In this document: positions 1 through 10,276 of the stretch, in pieces
Position numbering within the stretch: the first letter of the stretch is position 1
How the letters are laid out: the number at the start of each line of letters is the position of its first letter
NCBI GenBank assembly: GCA_946965045.2
Contig: OX337235.1
Coordinates: forward strand, 3,596,001 to 3,660,000
Length of the DNA: 64,000 nucleotides
Direction: 5' to 3'
DNA from: Epithemia pelagica
Lineage: Eukaryota > Protista > Bacillariophyta
Position numbers and translations under genes: made by a program
Notes under the pieces: generated by a model
Told to the model about the DNA's origin: nothing
Database searches by the model: none
What the model saw: only the letters and a program-made list of their open reading frames with translations

Positions 1-1551
1 GGTGATGATACCAACCCTATTGCTGGTCTCATGATTGGCATTTTGGCCACCGTACTCTTGCAGTCGTCGTCGACGACCACCTCGATTATCGTATCGTTGG
101 TTGGTGAAACAATTTCGGTTCAACAAGGCATTTACATGGTCATGGGAGCCAATATTGGAACCTCCGTGACCAATACACTGGTGGCCATGGGTCAAATGGG
201 CGATGGGGAACAATTGGAACGCGCCTTTGCCGGTGCGACGGTCCACGACATGTTTAATTTCTTGTCGGTTGCCATTCTCTTGCCCGTCGAAGTCATTACG
301 GGCTATTTGGATGCCTTGACGGGTGCCATGGTGAAAAATGCCAGTGTCAAGGAGGGCGAAAAATGGGAGGGTCCCGTCAAAAAGATTGTCTCGCCTCTCG
401 GCAATCGTGTCATTATTGCCAATAAAAAGGTCACCAAGGCCATTGCCAGTGGAGAACAAGAATGCGACGACTTTTATCCCAATGAATGTGTGGGTACACC
501 CACGTACAAGTCTTGCGGCGAAAAGTTTGGACTGATTGCCTGTGACAAGGATGGTAATTTTTGCCCCGCCTTTTTCTCCGAAGAAGCCTCAGCCAAGGAC
601 GACAAGGTGTCAGGTGGTGTTGTCTTTTTTATGGCCATTGTCATTCTCTTTACTTGCTTAATTGGATTGGTGGGTATTTTACAACGTCTCTTGTTGGGAA
701 CCTCCACTCGTCTCGTGTACAAGGCCACCGATGTCAATGGTTATGTGGCCATTGCCATTGGGGCTGGTGTTACCATGCTGGTCCAATCGTCCTCCATCAC
801 CACGTCCACTTTGACACCCTTGGTGGGAATGGGAGCCTTAAGATTGGAACAAATGTATCCACTCACGTTGGGATGCAATCTGGGTACCACCGTGACGGGC
901 ATCACGGCTGCAATGGTGGCCGATACGATTGACTCGTTGCAAGTTGCTTTGGCGCACTTGTTTTTCAATATTACCGGCATTCTCATTTTTTATCCCATTC
1001 CGTTCATGCGCCTCATTCCCTTGACAGCGGCCCGAAAATTGAGCAAGGCCACGCGCATTTGGCGTGGCTTTCCCCTCGTTTACATTGTCGTCATGTTCTT
1101 TTTGGTCCCACTCTTTTTTCTGGGTATTTCGGCCCTGTTTGGTAAGGATACCAAGGGCTTCAAAGTCTTGGGAGCCATTTTTGTCATTGCCTTTGTCTTG
1201 GTTGTGTCCTACGTGTTGTATTGGTGCATTTACTTGAATGGCCGCGAGCAATGTGTCCAATGCATGATGGAACGAGAACGCAAACGTCGCGCCTTGCACG
1301 AATTGCCGGATGACATGATTGCCTTGAAGTCCAGTTTGGCCGCCTTGCACGAACGGGTCACGGAATTGGCCGATCATACAGGCATGGCCTTTAAAACTGG
1401 TGATGATGGTGCAAAGGAAGAAGATGAAACAGCCTTGGATACCGATGACCGTCGAACCGAAGAGGAGGGGGAGATACGGGGACGTCAAGTTCCCACGTCC
1501 ATCTTGGGACAACAAGACATGACGGACCAAGAGCAATACAATGACGAATAA
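1..1551 (+). CDS. SLC34: SLC34/NptA-type Na+/phosphate cotransporter, copy 1 (5' end outside window; ends at a TAA upstream of a conserved tail)
   Basis: Frame open from base 1 (GDDTNPIAGLM). Two QSSS repeats (LLQSSSTTTS, LVQSSSITTS), GANIGT/GCNLGT motifs, multiple TM segments, Cys-rich loop. Confidence 0.95.
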   Translation, partial: GDDTNPIAGLMIGILATVLLQSSSTTTSIIVSLVGETISVQQGIYMVMGANIGTSVTNTLVAMGQMGDGEQLERAFAGATVHDMFNFLSVAILLPVEVITGYLDALTGAMVKNASVKEGEKWEGPVKKIVSPLGNRVIIANKKVTKAIASGEQECDDFYPNECVGTPTYKSCGEKFGLIACDKDGNFCPAFFSEEASAKDDKVSGGVVFFMAIVILFTCLIGLVGILQRLLLGTSTRLVYKATDVNGYVAIAIGAGVTMLVQSSSITTSTLTPLVGMGALRLEQMYPLTLGCNLGTTVTGITAAMVADTIDSLQVALAHLFFNITGILIFYPIPFMRLIPLTAARKLSKATRIWRGFPLVYIVVMFFLVPLFFLGISALFGKDTKGFKVLGAIFVIAFVLVVSYVLYWCIYLNGREQCVQCMMERERKRRALHELPDDMIALKSSLAALHERVTELADHTGMAFKTGDDGAKEEDETALDTDDRRTEEEGEIRGRQVPTSILGQQDMTDQEQYNDE

Positions 1552-1809
1552 GACGCCAGAGAAGACTACATGAAATACTATGGAGAAGCTTGATTCCCGC
1601 ATTCTTCGTCTTTGTTCGAAATTGGGCATGAGATCATCCTTTCATACGCCAGAATGGGAGTGGGACACGAAACTGTGAGATTTTGATGCATTTCATCCTT
1701 CTATAGATCTTGAATATTATCTAGTTCAATCCTAAAAGAAGTTATATTGATAGGATCATCGACGTTCTTTTGGTCCTCAACAGCCAGTCTTCTTAGGAAG
1801 ATTCTGGAT

Positions 1810-4424
1810 ACTACATCATGAAAAAGGGTGTTTGTCTTTGTTAAGGGCGACAAGAACGGTTTCTCGTGTTAGGCCTCGCATAGCCCCCAAAAAACGACAG
1901 CGTCTTGTCCAACTCGTGGTAAGAACTAGCGTCGTGACGATCCCGAATGTGGTGTTCTTCCCTCATGACCTTGTTTTGAATCGACAAGACGACGATTGCT
2001 TCACGACAAATGCGTGTGTCCGTCGTCTTTCAAGCCAAAATGCCCGTTCCCCACAGGACTCTCTCGACCTTTTGTTCTATGCCTCGCTTTTGACACCCAG
2101 CACTTGTTGCCACAGTTCCTGTCACTCTTGAAACGAGTCAGCTTCTACAAGGATCAGAGTCCGCAGTCCGACATGGTCATGCCAGCCCCACCAGGCCAAC
2201 CCCACTTGTCGTCTGCTGCCCTGTCTTGCGTTTCCATTGCATGACCATGGACGATTGTGGTGCGGCATAACACTTTTGCAGCCGGCTGTTGGTAGTACTC
2301 GTTGTATTCGTTGAAGAAGAAGGACGAGGAGGGATACGCATGCTGCGGTTTGTTCCATGTCTGGGACTGCTGCCAATGGGACGCCGCGACCACTGCATGG
2401 GTGGAGGTTCTTCGTGCAAGCCACCACGGATATGATTCACCGCAACATCCCTCGATGCATTGGCAGGTTGTCGTTGTTCGGTCACATGCCATTGACGTCG
2501 TTTTTGATGTGCTGTCCTGGTTGGTTGGGAACTTGTGGTCGCTGTCGTGGCTCTTTTCCGGCTGGTCTTGTCGTGGCGTCGCATCCAATGGTACTGTTCG
2601 GGTAACAGCGAGCTTGGTTTGGAAGAATCCGAGGAGGAGCGTGCCATGGAGGGAAGAATGTGTGGACTGCTACGAACGTTGTGTGTCTCCTTTCGGTCGT
2701 CTTGTGGTGAAGTTGCGTTCTGATGCATGGAGTTCTTGTTGTTTGGGTGTTCCTCCTTCTCTTCTGAACAATCCAAGTCATTCTCATCATCATTGTCATC
2801 TTCCAGAACGGGTTCCATCAAGAGCGACAATGGTGTGGGTAAGAGTCGTTTGTGATCATTCCAGGAATCTTGCAACAATTGAATGACATGATCCAATTCG
2901 GCATTGCGTTCTTGTGCCGAGGCTTGAAATAACATATCGCGTCGTTCCAAAAAACTCAAGCGTTTGGGCATTTGATACTTGTGCTGACGACTTTTGGAAT
3001 GTTGATCCAATGTCACCTGTTCCGGATCGGCATGATACCAATCCAACGTCAAGGCCAATCCATCACTGTTGCAACTGTAGCGTTGGGAGCAAAGTTGTGT
3101 GAGAGCGTCCAAACGCATTGGATCAAAGGATTGTGAGAATTTGAGTCATGTAGTAATACGTACGGATGTTGTCCCAGAGTGACGGCATGCGATTGCACTT
3201 GAACGCCTTGATGAAAGGAAACTCGCCGGGGTGGACCGTGATGCTTATTGCTCGTACTACTGGTACTCAAACAAGACTTTTTGCTACAAGTCGAACTGGT
3301 ACTGGACCAAATGGACCAATTGTCCAAATCCTCTTCTTCTTCTTCTTCCTCCTCATTGTCGTCTTCCTCGCTGTCGTTTGGAATTTGTTCCGGGCCCTGG
3401 TCCTCTTCGTCCTTCTTTTCCTCTGCTACTACTAGAGGATTTTCATTATGTATCCGATCCTCGAGTTTGTTGGTTCGAAACTCGATTGGTGCTGAGGTTC
3501 GCCGGGAAGTAGTACAATGTTTTCCCTTTGGCTCGTTCTTGTGTTTTGATTCCTCTTCTTCTTCTTCCATCCACAAGGAAAGACTACTCGCACTGTGTTG
3601 GTTCGATGTTGTTGTGGTAGTATTGTTAGTACTCAAGGTAGCAGTGGTAGCTGTCGCAATCGAAGCGGCTTCACAATAGGACAGGGAAGACGACGACGAC
3701 GACAAGTGCGGATTGTCTTCCTCCATTTCAGAGGAGGAAGGGGAGTGACTGGTGGTTGTCGAATGCTTGTTGATTGTCGTTTCGAAACAAGCCTTGGAAG
3801 GACTCGACAAAGAGAACGACAAGGAAGACGGTGGTGGGACAACCATTTTCAGTGGATCCATTTTCCAATCACCACCCGGAGCCATTTGGTTGGTACGATT
3901 CGTACAAGAAGGAAGCAGAGTCGATTGCATGCTCTCCAGAGAATTGGCTGCTGGTGTTGTTTTTCGGGGAGCAATTTCTCCCTCGAGTCGCGTGTATACT
4001 TCCGAAAAAAGATTCCCTCCAACTTGTGGCGTTTGTGGATGGAGACCGTCTCTTGTGATTGTGATTGGTATTTGTTGTTTTTTGTTTCGGGTGTTTCCAA
4101 AATCGTAACCTTGTTGGTTGTTCTAGCGCCAACCAAAGATTGCTTTGGAGAGTTGCAGTTCTTGTTTGAATATAATCGATGGATTCTCACTCTTCTCTCG
4201 CACTTGCTCCGCACTCCGTGTTGTTGTTGTTGCCACTCAATGGTGAAACGCTGTGGGTGTTTCTACTGGTTTGGGGGAGTCCTAAAACGTATTGGGAAGT
4301 CGTGGGGCAATATAATAAATATTTTTGGCGTGACATTTTAGGATATAGCCCACGGAGGGAACGTGTCCGGTGGGGCAAGAGCGGACGACGGACGAGCATG
4401 GACATTACAGTCCCGCGTTTCTGT
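1810..4424. repeat. Tandem duplication unit, copy 1 left part (matches 13056-15670)
   Basis: Constant 11246-bp offset and identical ORF translations; one mismatch seen (4407 A vs 15653 C). Confidence 0.95.
2177..3930 (-). CDS. Spliced hypothetical low-complexity protein with RVSF...TLGQHPC...LALTLDW motif (copy 1); predicted intron 3075-3163
   Basis: ORFs 3049-3930 and 2177-3118 join in frame through an 89-bp GTACGT...CTACAG intron, giving HPCNSDGLALTLDW. This resembles a motif I recall from diatom hypothetical proteins. True 3' end uncertain. Confidence 0.6.
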
Positions 4425-4451
4425 CACGTTCGACAAGGAGCCGATTTTGTA
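4425..4451 (+). repeat. Left bipartite TIR: CACGTTCGACAAGG-AG-CCGATTTTGTA
   Basis: Read directly; inner block starts at position 17 from the end. Confidence 0.95.
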
Positions 4452-4749
4452 TTGTAATATTATGCCTACAGTATTCACTTGGTCTTGGTCTCTAGGTTGT
4501 AGGTCTTCGCCGGCCGACCCTCCACACGTGCCCATGTGTGTATCGTATCTCGTTCCATTTTTTGAAGTGCAGAACTCGTGATTTGCGCATCAACGATGAT
4601 GATACCGCGGGATGTAGTTCTCCAATCGCGAACATATTGCACAGCTTCATTCAGATGATAGTTGTCCATAATACCCTAGAAAGTGTTCGCGATTGCACTA
4701 TTTTTGCCATCTTCCGCTGGAGTAGTAGCCTCCAACAACTTGGATCGTC

Positions 4750-7209
4750 ATGGACGAAGCACTCGCAAAGTTGATCCGTGAAATTGGTTCGGCCAATAGG
4801 CCATGGTGGTATGGCATAAATGTAGGTGAAAGCGATGAGAACAGTCTCGCTAATCTACTTGGGATCTCTACGGAGTCCCTAATGTGCCTATTGAGTGTTG
4901 TCGGATGGGTGTCACGAGTGGCAACAACGAACGAATCAACATCCTCGTCGTGGAGAGTTCAAGAGAGGAAAATTGAAACCTTCCTAGACCGGTTTCACCT
5001 ACGAGACATCACAGCGCTCACGAAAAGCAGGTATGGAAATGAGCAACGGCGACATTTCCTTGAAGTGGGTTGCGACAAAACGAGTGCAAGTCCGCTTTAT
5101 GTCTTCCGAAATTTCACCAAGCCATCGATTCAAAATACCAAATCCATTGCAGTACAAACAAAAAAGCTGCTTCTGAATGCAACAACAAAACAAGCTGGTG
5201 ACAGTTCTACGGGGACGACTACGAATCCAACAACGCTGATGAAAACCCCATCTCCAAGGCGGCGCAGAAGTAGCATCCTGAAGAGGCCAAGAGGAGCAGC
5301 TGCTGATGACAAGAGGACGCAAAAGCGAGTTTCTCTCTCCAGTGAGACATTGGAGAATGAAAGAAAACGAGCGATGAGAATGGAGAACAATTCAAAGATC
5401 ACCACTCCTGCTACCAACCAGAACAACAACAAGCAGCACGTGAGCCGGAATCAACTCATCAAGCAACAGCTGATTTGCCATTTGTTTCCGAAAGTCTTCA
5501 AGCCGGAGTTCTTCGATGTGATGGAAGAATACTTTTTGGAATCCGAATCTTTTGAGGAGCAAGATCTTGCTGGTGCCCTCGCCTCCGTCATGAAAGTACT
5601 GTATGAACACAACGAGAGAGAAAGAGGCGAAATGTTGGGGGTTCAAAGTTTTATGACCCCCAATCAAAAATTGAGCACACCTACGTTGCATGCCTATGGA
5701 ATTGACACAACAAACAAACGCGTGGTTAGTGATCTTGTGCGAGACCTTGTCACTCTATCTGACAAGCGAAGAAAGCACGATGTGCTCACGACCCGGATGT
5801 CTAACGGTAGGATGGTATCTTTGGTTCGGATACCAAAATCTACCAATTTGAAAAGCTTCCATGAGCAAGACAGACACTTCAAGTGGATTGATCAAGTCTT
5901 GGAAGCACTCGGGAAACAAAACGACAGGCCGCGGAAGGTGTTGAAGCCGAGTACAGATGTGCGAAATGACGAGGTAGATGAGCTAGAGGAGGATCAGTTA
6001 GAGGAGGGGCAAGAAGAGGAGCTGACCGACATGGAGTATACGGCAAAGAATCTCATTGCCCATCTCGGCAAGAGATTTCCGAATGGGGTCAAGGAGGCAG
6101 TGAAACAACAAAAGTTTGCGTGCGTTGCAATGGACCCGGTTGCAACGTTTGCCATGTGGTCGGACGCAAACATAAACTACTCGCAGGCAAGACTGATTGC
6201 ACGTCACCTCAAGTACTGGTTCGGATGTCCCCTGGTTAGCTCACCTGATGAGCTAAAGAAAGTCCTAGTATCTAAGAAGGCTGTGGCACCGGAATGCAAT
6301 ACGCTACAATTAAACAACGAGTCAATCGAATGGAGTGTGCGAGATGCGACACAGGTATTGCTTTACTTTTGCGATACTGTGTTTAATCGAGCTGACACTC
6401 GACAGCATTGGACCTCTATTGATATGGTTGTGTCGGCCGACCATGGGAAAGGCTTCTCTCGTGCCCATGCGGTCTTAATTTGTCGGAAACATGACCCTAG
6501 CTCAAATAAGTGGACGGAACACAAAGACTCCTACAGTCTAGCAGATGCTAGGTGCAAGAAGGACACCTACGAGATCCTGAAAAGCACCTACATGCCAAAA
6601 CTAGACAGTGCGCTAAGTCAGTTGACAGAGAAAGGCGGTATCGACGTGTGGAAGCGAGCCCAACTAAATGAAAATGAAGAGTGGTACTACTCAAGGCTTG
6701 CGGGGTCACGTCCTGACCAACCTAGCGACACACGCTTCTATGGAGGACTCCCAGTAGAAGTGTTCTTGGCAGGAGACCTAGCCCAAATAATGACCAACTA
6801 TGGGCGAGAAGGCATGTCTAGCTGCTGGTGTGCCTTTTGTCAGCTGACAAAGGCAGAATGGCAGCCACTTAGTCATGCTCGAGGCACAAAGTGGTCGCTT
6901 GCGACAATGAAGGCCCAGCTTGAATACAACAAAACGCTCGATGAGAATGCAAAGGGTGCCCTGCGAAAGGGAATAAAAAATGTGCCTTTGCTTACTGCCG
7001 TGGATGTGTGTCATGTGTCAATGCCTGTTCTCCACATCAAGTTGGGCGTTGTGAACAAGGCTCTAGATTGTTTGTACAGTGATCTCCAGGCTGCCTGTGA
7101 GATCTACACAGCAGCCTGGATCGATCTTGAAACGGAATGGCTCAGACGGAAAAAGGAAGAAGAACAAGTGGTGAGCGAGCTGATGGAAATCACGCGGCAG
7201 ATACAAGAA

Positions 7210-7301
<92 letters not shown>

Positions 7302-8238
7302 GGTTCCGGATGAGCACATTGCAGCTGAGATTGCTTTGTTGAAACAAAGCCTGAAGGAGAAGGATGGTGAGCGGAAGGCAAGGGCAAAGTTGGTTAAAGA
7401 AGCAAAACAAGAATGGGACAAAGAGAAGAGTGTCCCTGAGAACTCACGAAAGCATGGACAACCTGTCTATCGCAAGTTCGAAGGGATCGAGCGTGCCCAT
7501 GGAATTGACAGGGCAGCGTTTCATGGGGGTGCTCTGCAAGGCAACCCCTGCAGCACAGTGTTGGTTGATCGGAAGTTTATCTTCGAAGAGATTTGGGTCT
7601 ACGTCCGGGACCTCCCGGACGAACAGAAATGGGTGGATAATGCAACAATCAAAAGGGTGATTGATGCCTATGAACGATTGATGGGGCATCTCGATGCCAC
7701 TTTTTCTATTTTGCAGACGCCTCGGAATCACATCACGCCACAACAGGTGCTCCACTTAGAGCATCATTTGAAGCATGCTTCTTCGGTATGGCGAGCACTC
7801 GACATCCCAATTTCACCCAAGATGCACATTTTGGAAGACCATGCACTTGACGCAGTGAAACGGTACGGCGGAATCGGTGATTTGGGTGAAGATGAAGGCG
7901 AGCGCGCCCATCAGACTGGGGCGCAGATGGAGAGCCGCATGAAGTCTCTAAACCACTCAACAAAGGGGCAAGTTGTAGCTCAGTTGGAGGTGATGACAAA
8001 GAATGACGCAGTGCAAGACAGGCTTGTTGCGGTCACGAAAGCGGTACAACGGAACGTGAACAGGAGAAATGGTGAGGGGGGTGATCAAGAAGCCCCCAAA
8101 TCCTACAAAGGCAACAAGCACAAGGCCTTGCGTGACTCTGAGCGGGTGGCACTTCTATCGATGTTCGCTATCCAAGAGGAGAAGTACCCCCGACTTGATG
8201 AACTACGACACCAAAAGCTGCTTCAGTCGGAATCATGA
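4750..8238 (+). CDS. RAG1/Transib/Chapaev-like DDE transposase (1162 aa)
   Basis: Motifs in RAG1-core order: SADHG (D, 6439), AGDLA...CWCAFC (D, 6775; CxxC), PVLHIKLG, LQGN, PKMHILEDH (two Zn His), GGIGDLGEDEGERAH (E near 7900). Lies between TIRs. Confidence 0.88.
7213..7302 (+). repeat. (CAA)29CAG microsatellite encoding polyQ30 in the transposase
   Basis: Read directly; in frame. Confidence 0.95.
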
Positions 8239-8289
8239 TAGCTACCATAATCGCATGTAAGGAATACTAAGTAAGGTTTTGGTTAATGA

Positions 8290-8715
8290 CTAAGCTTTCT
8301 CTAGTACAAGTCCCCGCTTCGGGAAACCACTGTCACGGCACGCTGTTTTAAGGAGCTTGAAAGACTCATGGTGCCCCATGATGGTGAAGCGAAGCATCCA
8401 CTCCCGACACTCTTCTCCAACGTGACATCGGTCTCCTTCATGTCCCAAAGGCAATGGAACGACTGCGAAGAACTCGAGTCCCTCGTGTCCATTGCGTTGA
8501 CTCCTGACACGAAAGACATCCCAAGCCAACACTTCATGGGACAGAAATGTCTTATGGACCAGCGTTTTGTCGGCGCCGGTGTAAGACACTTGAAAGCCAT
8601 GCCCAAAGTTTGTCTTGCCGACAAAGAGAGCGGCACTGTGGCTCCGAGTCCACATGTGATCCTCTGAATCACGGTCTACTATTCCGACCTCAAACATTCC
8701 ACCAGTCAATCTCAT
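8290..8715 (-). CDS. Hypothetical ~141-aa protein inside the transposon, convergent with the transposase (frame open to 8997)
   Basis: ATG at 8715. Complex sequence with apparent beta-strands and a C-terminal helix; upstream part of the frame is microsatellite-derived. Confidence 0.5.
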   Translation of the reverse strand: MRLTGGMFEVGIVDRDSEDHMWTRSHSAALFVGKTNFGHGFQVSYTGADKTLVHKTFLSHEVLAWDVFRVRSQRNGHEGLEFFAVVPLPLGHEGDRCHVGEECREWMLRFTIMGHHESFKLLKTACRDSGFPKRGLVLEKA

Positions 8716-10140
8716 TGTTGTTGCGTCGTTTTTGCCGCCACCAGCAGTCCTGTTCTTTTCCGTTCGCGGGTTGTGTTGTCGTCGTCGTTGTTGTCGTCGC
8801 TTGTTGTCGCGGGTTGTGTTGTTGGTGTTGTTGTTGTTGTTGTTTCCTGTCAGCGTCGTGGATTGTGTTGTTGATGTCGCCGTGGTGTGTTTTGTTGTTG
8901 TTGTTGTTTGTTGATGTCGCCGTGGCGTGTTTTGTTGTTGTTGTTGTTTGCTGTCAGCTCCGTGGTCCGTGGATTGGGTTGTTGTCGTCGTCGTCAAGGT
9001 TTGTTTGTTGTGTTAGTTCCGTCGCCGTCCTCGTCCTTGGCTGCTGGCGCGGACGATGGAGTGGCCTCCTGCGCTGTTTGATTGTTGCATCTTGCATCAC
9101 CATGTGCTTCGCTCTCTCATCATTCCCGATTGTGGAATGATTGTTGATATTCAAAAAGTGGGAACGTCGTTCCCACAGGTCAAGCACGTGTGCAGTCTTG
9201 TTGCGGACAAGGCGGGAAGCGCACGCAAGCTCTTCTACACATGGTGGAGAAGCACTTCGTTTGATTGTTGCATCTCTTCACTTTTTGGAAACCATGCAAG
9301 CAGATGAGCAGAAGCAACCGGATGGATATTGCCTCACGGCAATCCTGAAGGACCAAGCTTCAGGCACCACTGCTGTCCTCAATGGTGTTGCCACTGATGG
9401 CATTGTCGTGTCGTCATCGTCGTCTTCGTCGCCTTTTTCGTTTTCTGTGGACAACTTCACAGGTGAGAAACACGTTGTACACTTGTCTCTGCTGTTTCAC
9501 GTACTTACCTTTTTGTTGTATCGGTTCCAGGAACCATTTGCATCGACGGTGACTGCTGGAAGCTTGTTTACCTCGACCAGCGTCACCGTTCGATGCAATC
9601 CAAAGACCCGTTGAGCGTCATTGCCTTCAAGATGAAGGATGCTGAACGCACGGACCACGGGGTTGGTACCATTCACGAAGGAGAAGGAGAAGGAGAAGAA
9701 GAAGCCTCAACTGACGAGTCGTCGGACGATGGTGTTGTGTACACCAAGGACTCATTTTCTCAGGATGTCACCATGATGCAAGACGAGCGCCTTCTCAAGG
9801 CTTTCGACTTGATGAGCCCTGATTCACGACATGAACGTGAAGAGGATGATGAGTTACAGAAGAAGAAGAAGAAATGGAACAACAACAACAACAGCAATGA
9901 TAGCGATGACTCACCTTTGTTTGCTCGTCGGTCGACGCGACGCAACAACAAAAAGAAGAACTAATCACAGGTGGTGGGGCAGCCGTTCATGATTCTTGTT
10001 TGATTGTTGAATAATGAACCAACCCGCCAGGAATAAGTAGTAGTAGTAGTGAGCAGTGCACGTTGTTGACATGTCTGTTGTTGTGCTCGTTCATATCCGT
10101 AGTAGTTTATCACCCGCTTTGCTTTTGCATCTGTTGTTGT

Positions 10141-10206
10141 TGCACGCTGGAGGCATGTTCTAATAGGTTATGATGCACCTTGGAGGTACGTTCTAATAGG
10201 TTATGA
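10141..10206. repeat. Two 33-bp subterminal tandem repeats near the right transposon end
   Basis: tgcacgctggaggcatgttctaataggttatga / tgcaccttggaggtacgttctaataggttatga. Confidence 0.85.
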
Positions 10207-10238
10207 GACTTCAAGAGAAGTGGAAAATAGTACTAAAG

Positions 10239-10276
10239 TACAAAATCGGGGTTTACTGTACCCCTTGTCGAACGTG
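10239..10276 (-). repeat. Right bipartite TIR: CACGTTCGACAAGG-GGTACAGTAAACC-CCGATTTTGTA
   Basis: Reverse complement read directly; inner block starts at position 28, 11 bp further in than on the left. Confidence 0.95.

Larger units (their letters stand above)
4425..10276 (+). mobile_element. Cut-and-paste DNA transposon, RAG1/Transib/Chapaev (CMC)-like, 5852 bp, TSD TGT
   Basis: Perfect 14-bp TIR CACGTTCGACAAGG at both ends. TGT at 4422-4424 and 10277-10279. Empty site with a single TGT at 15668-15670. Intact transposase ORF inside. Confidence 0.95.
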
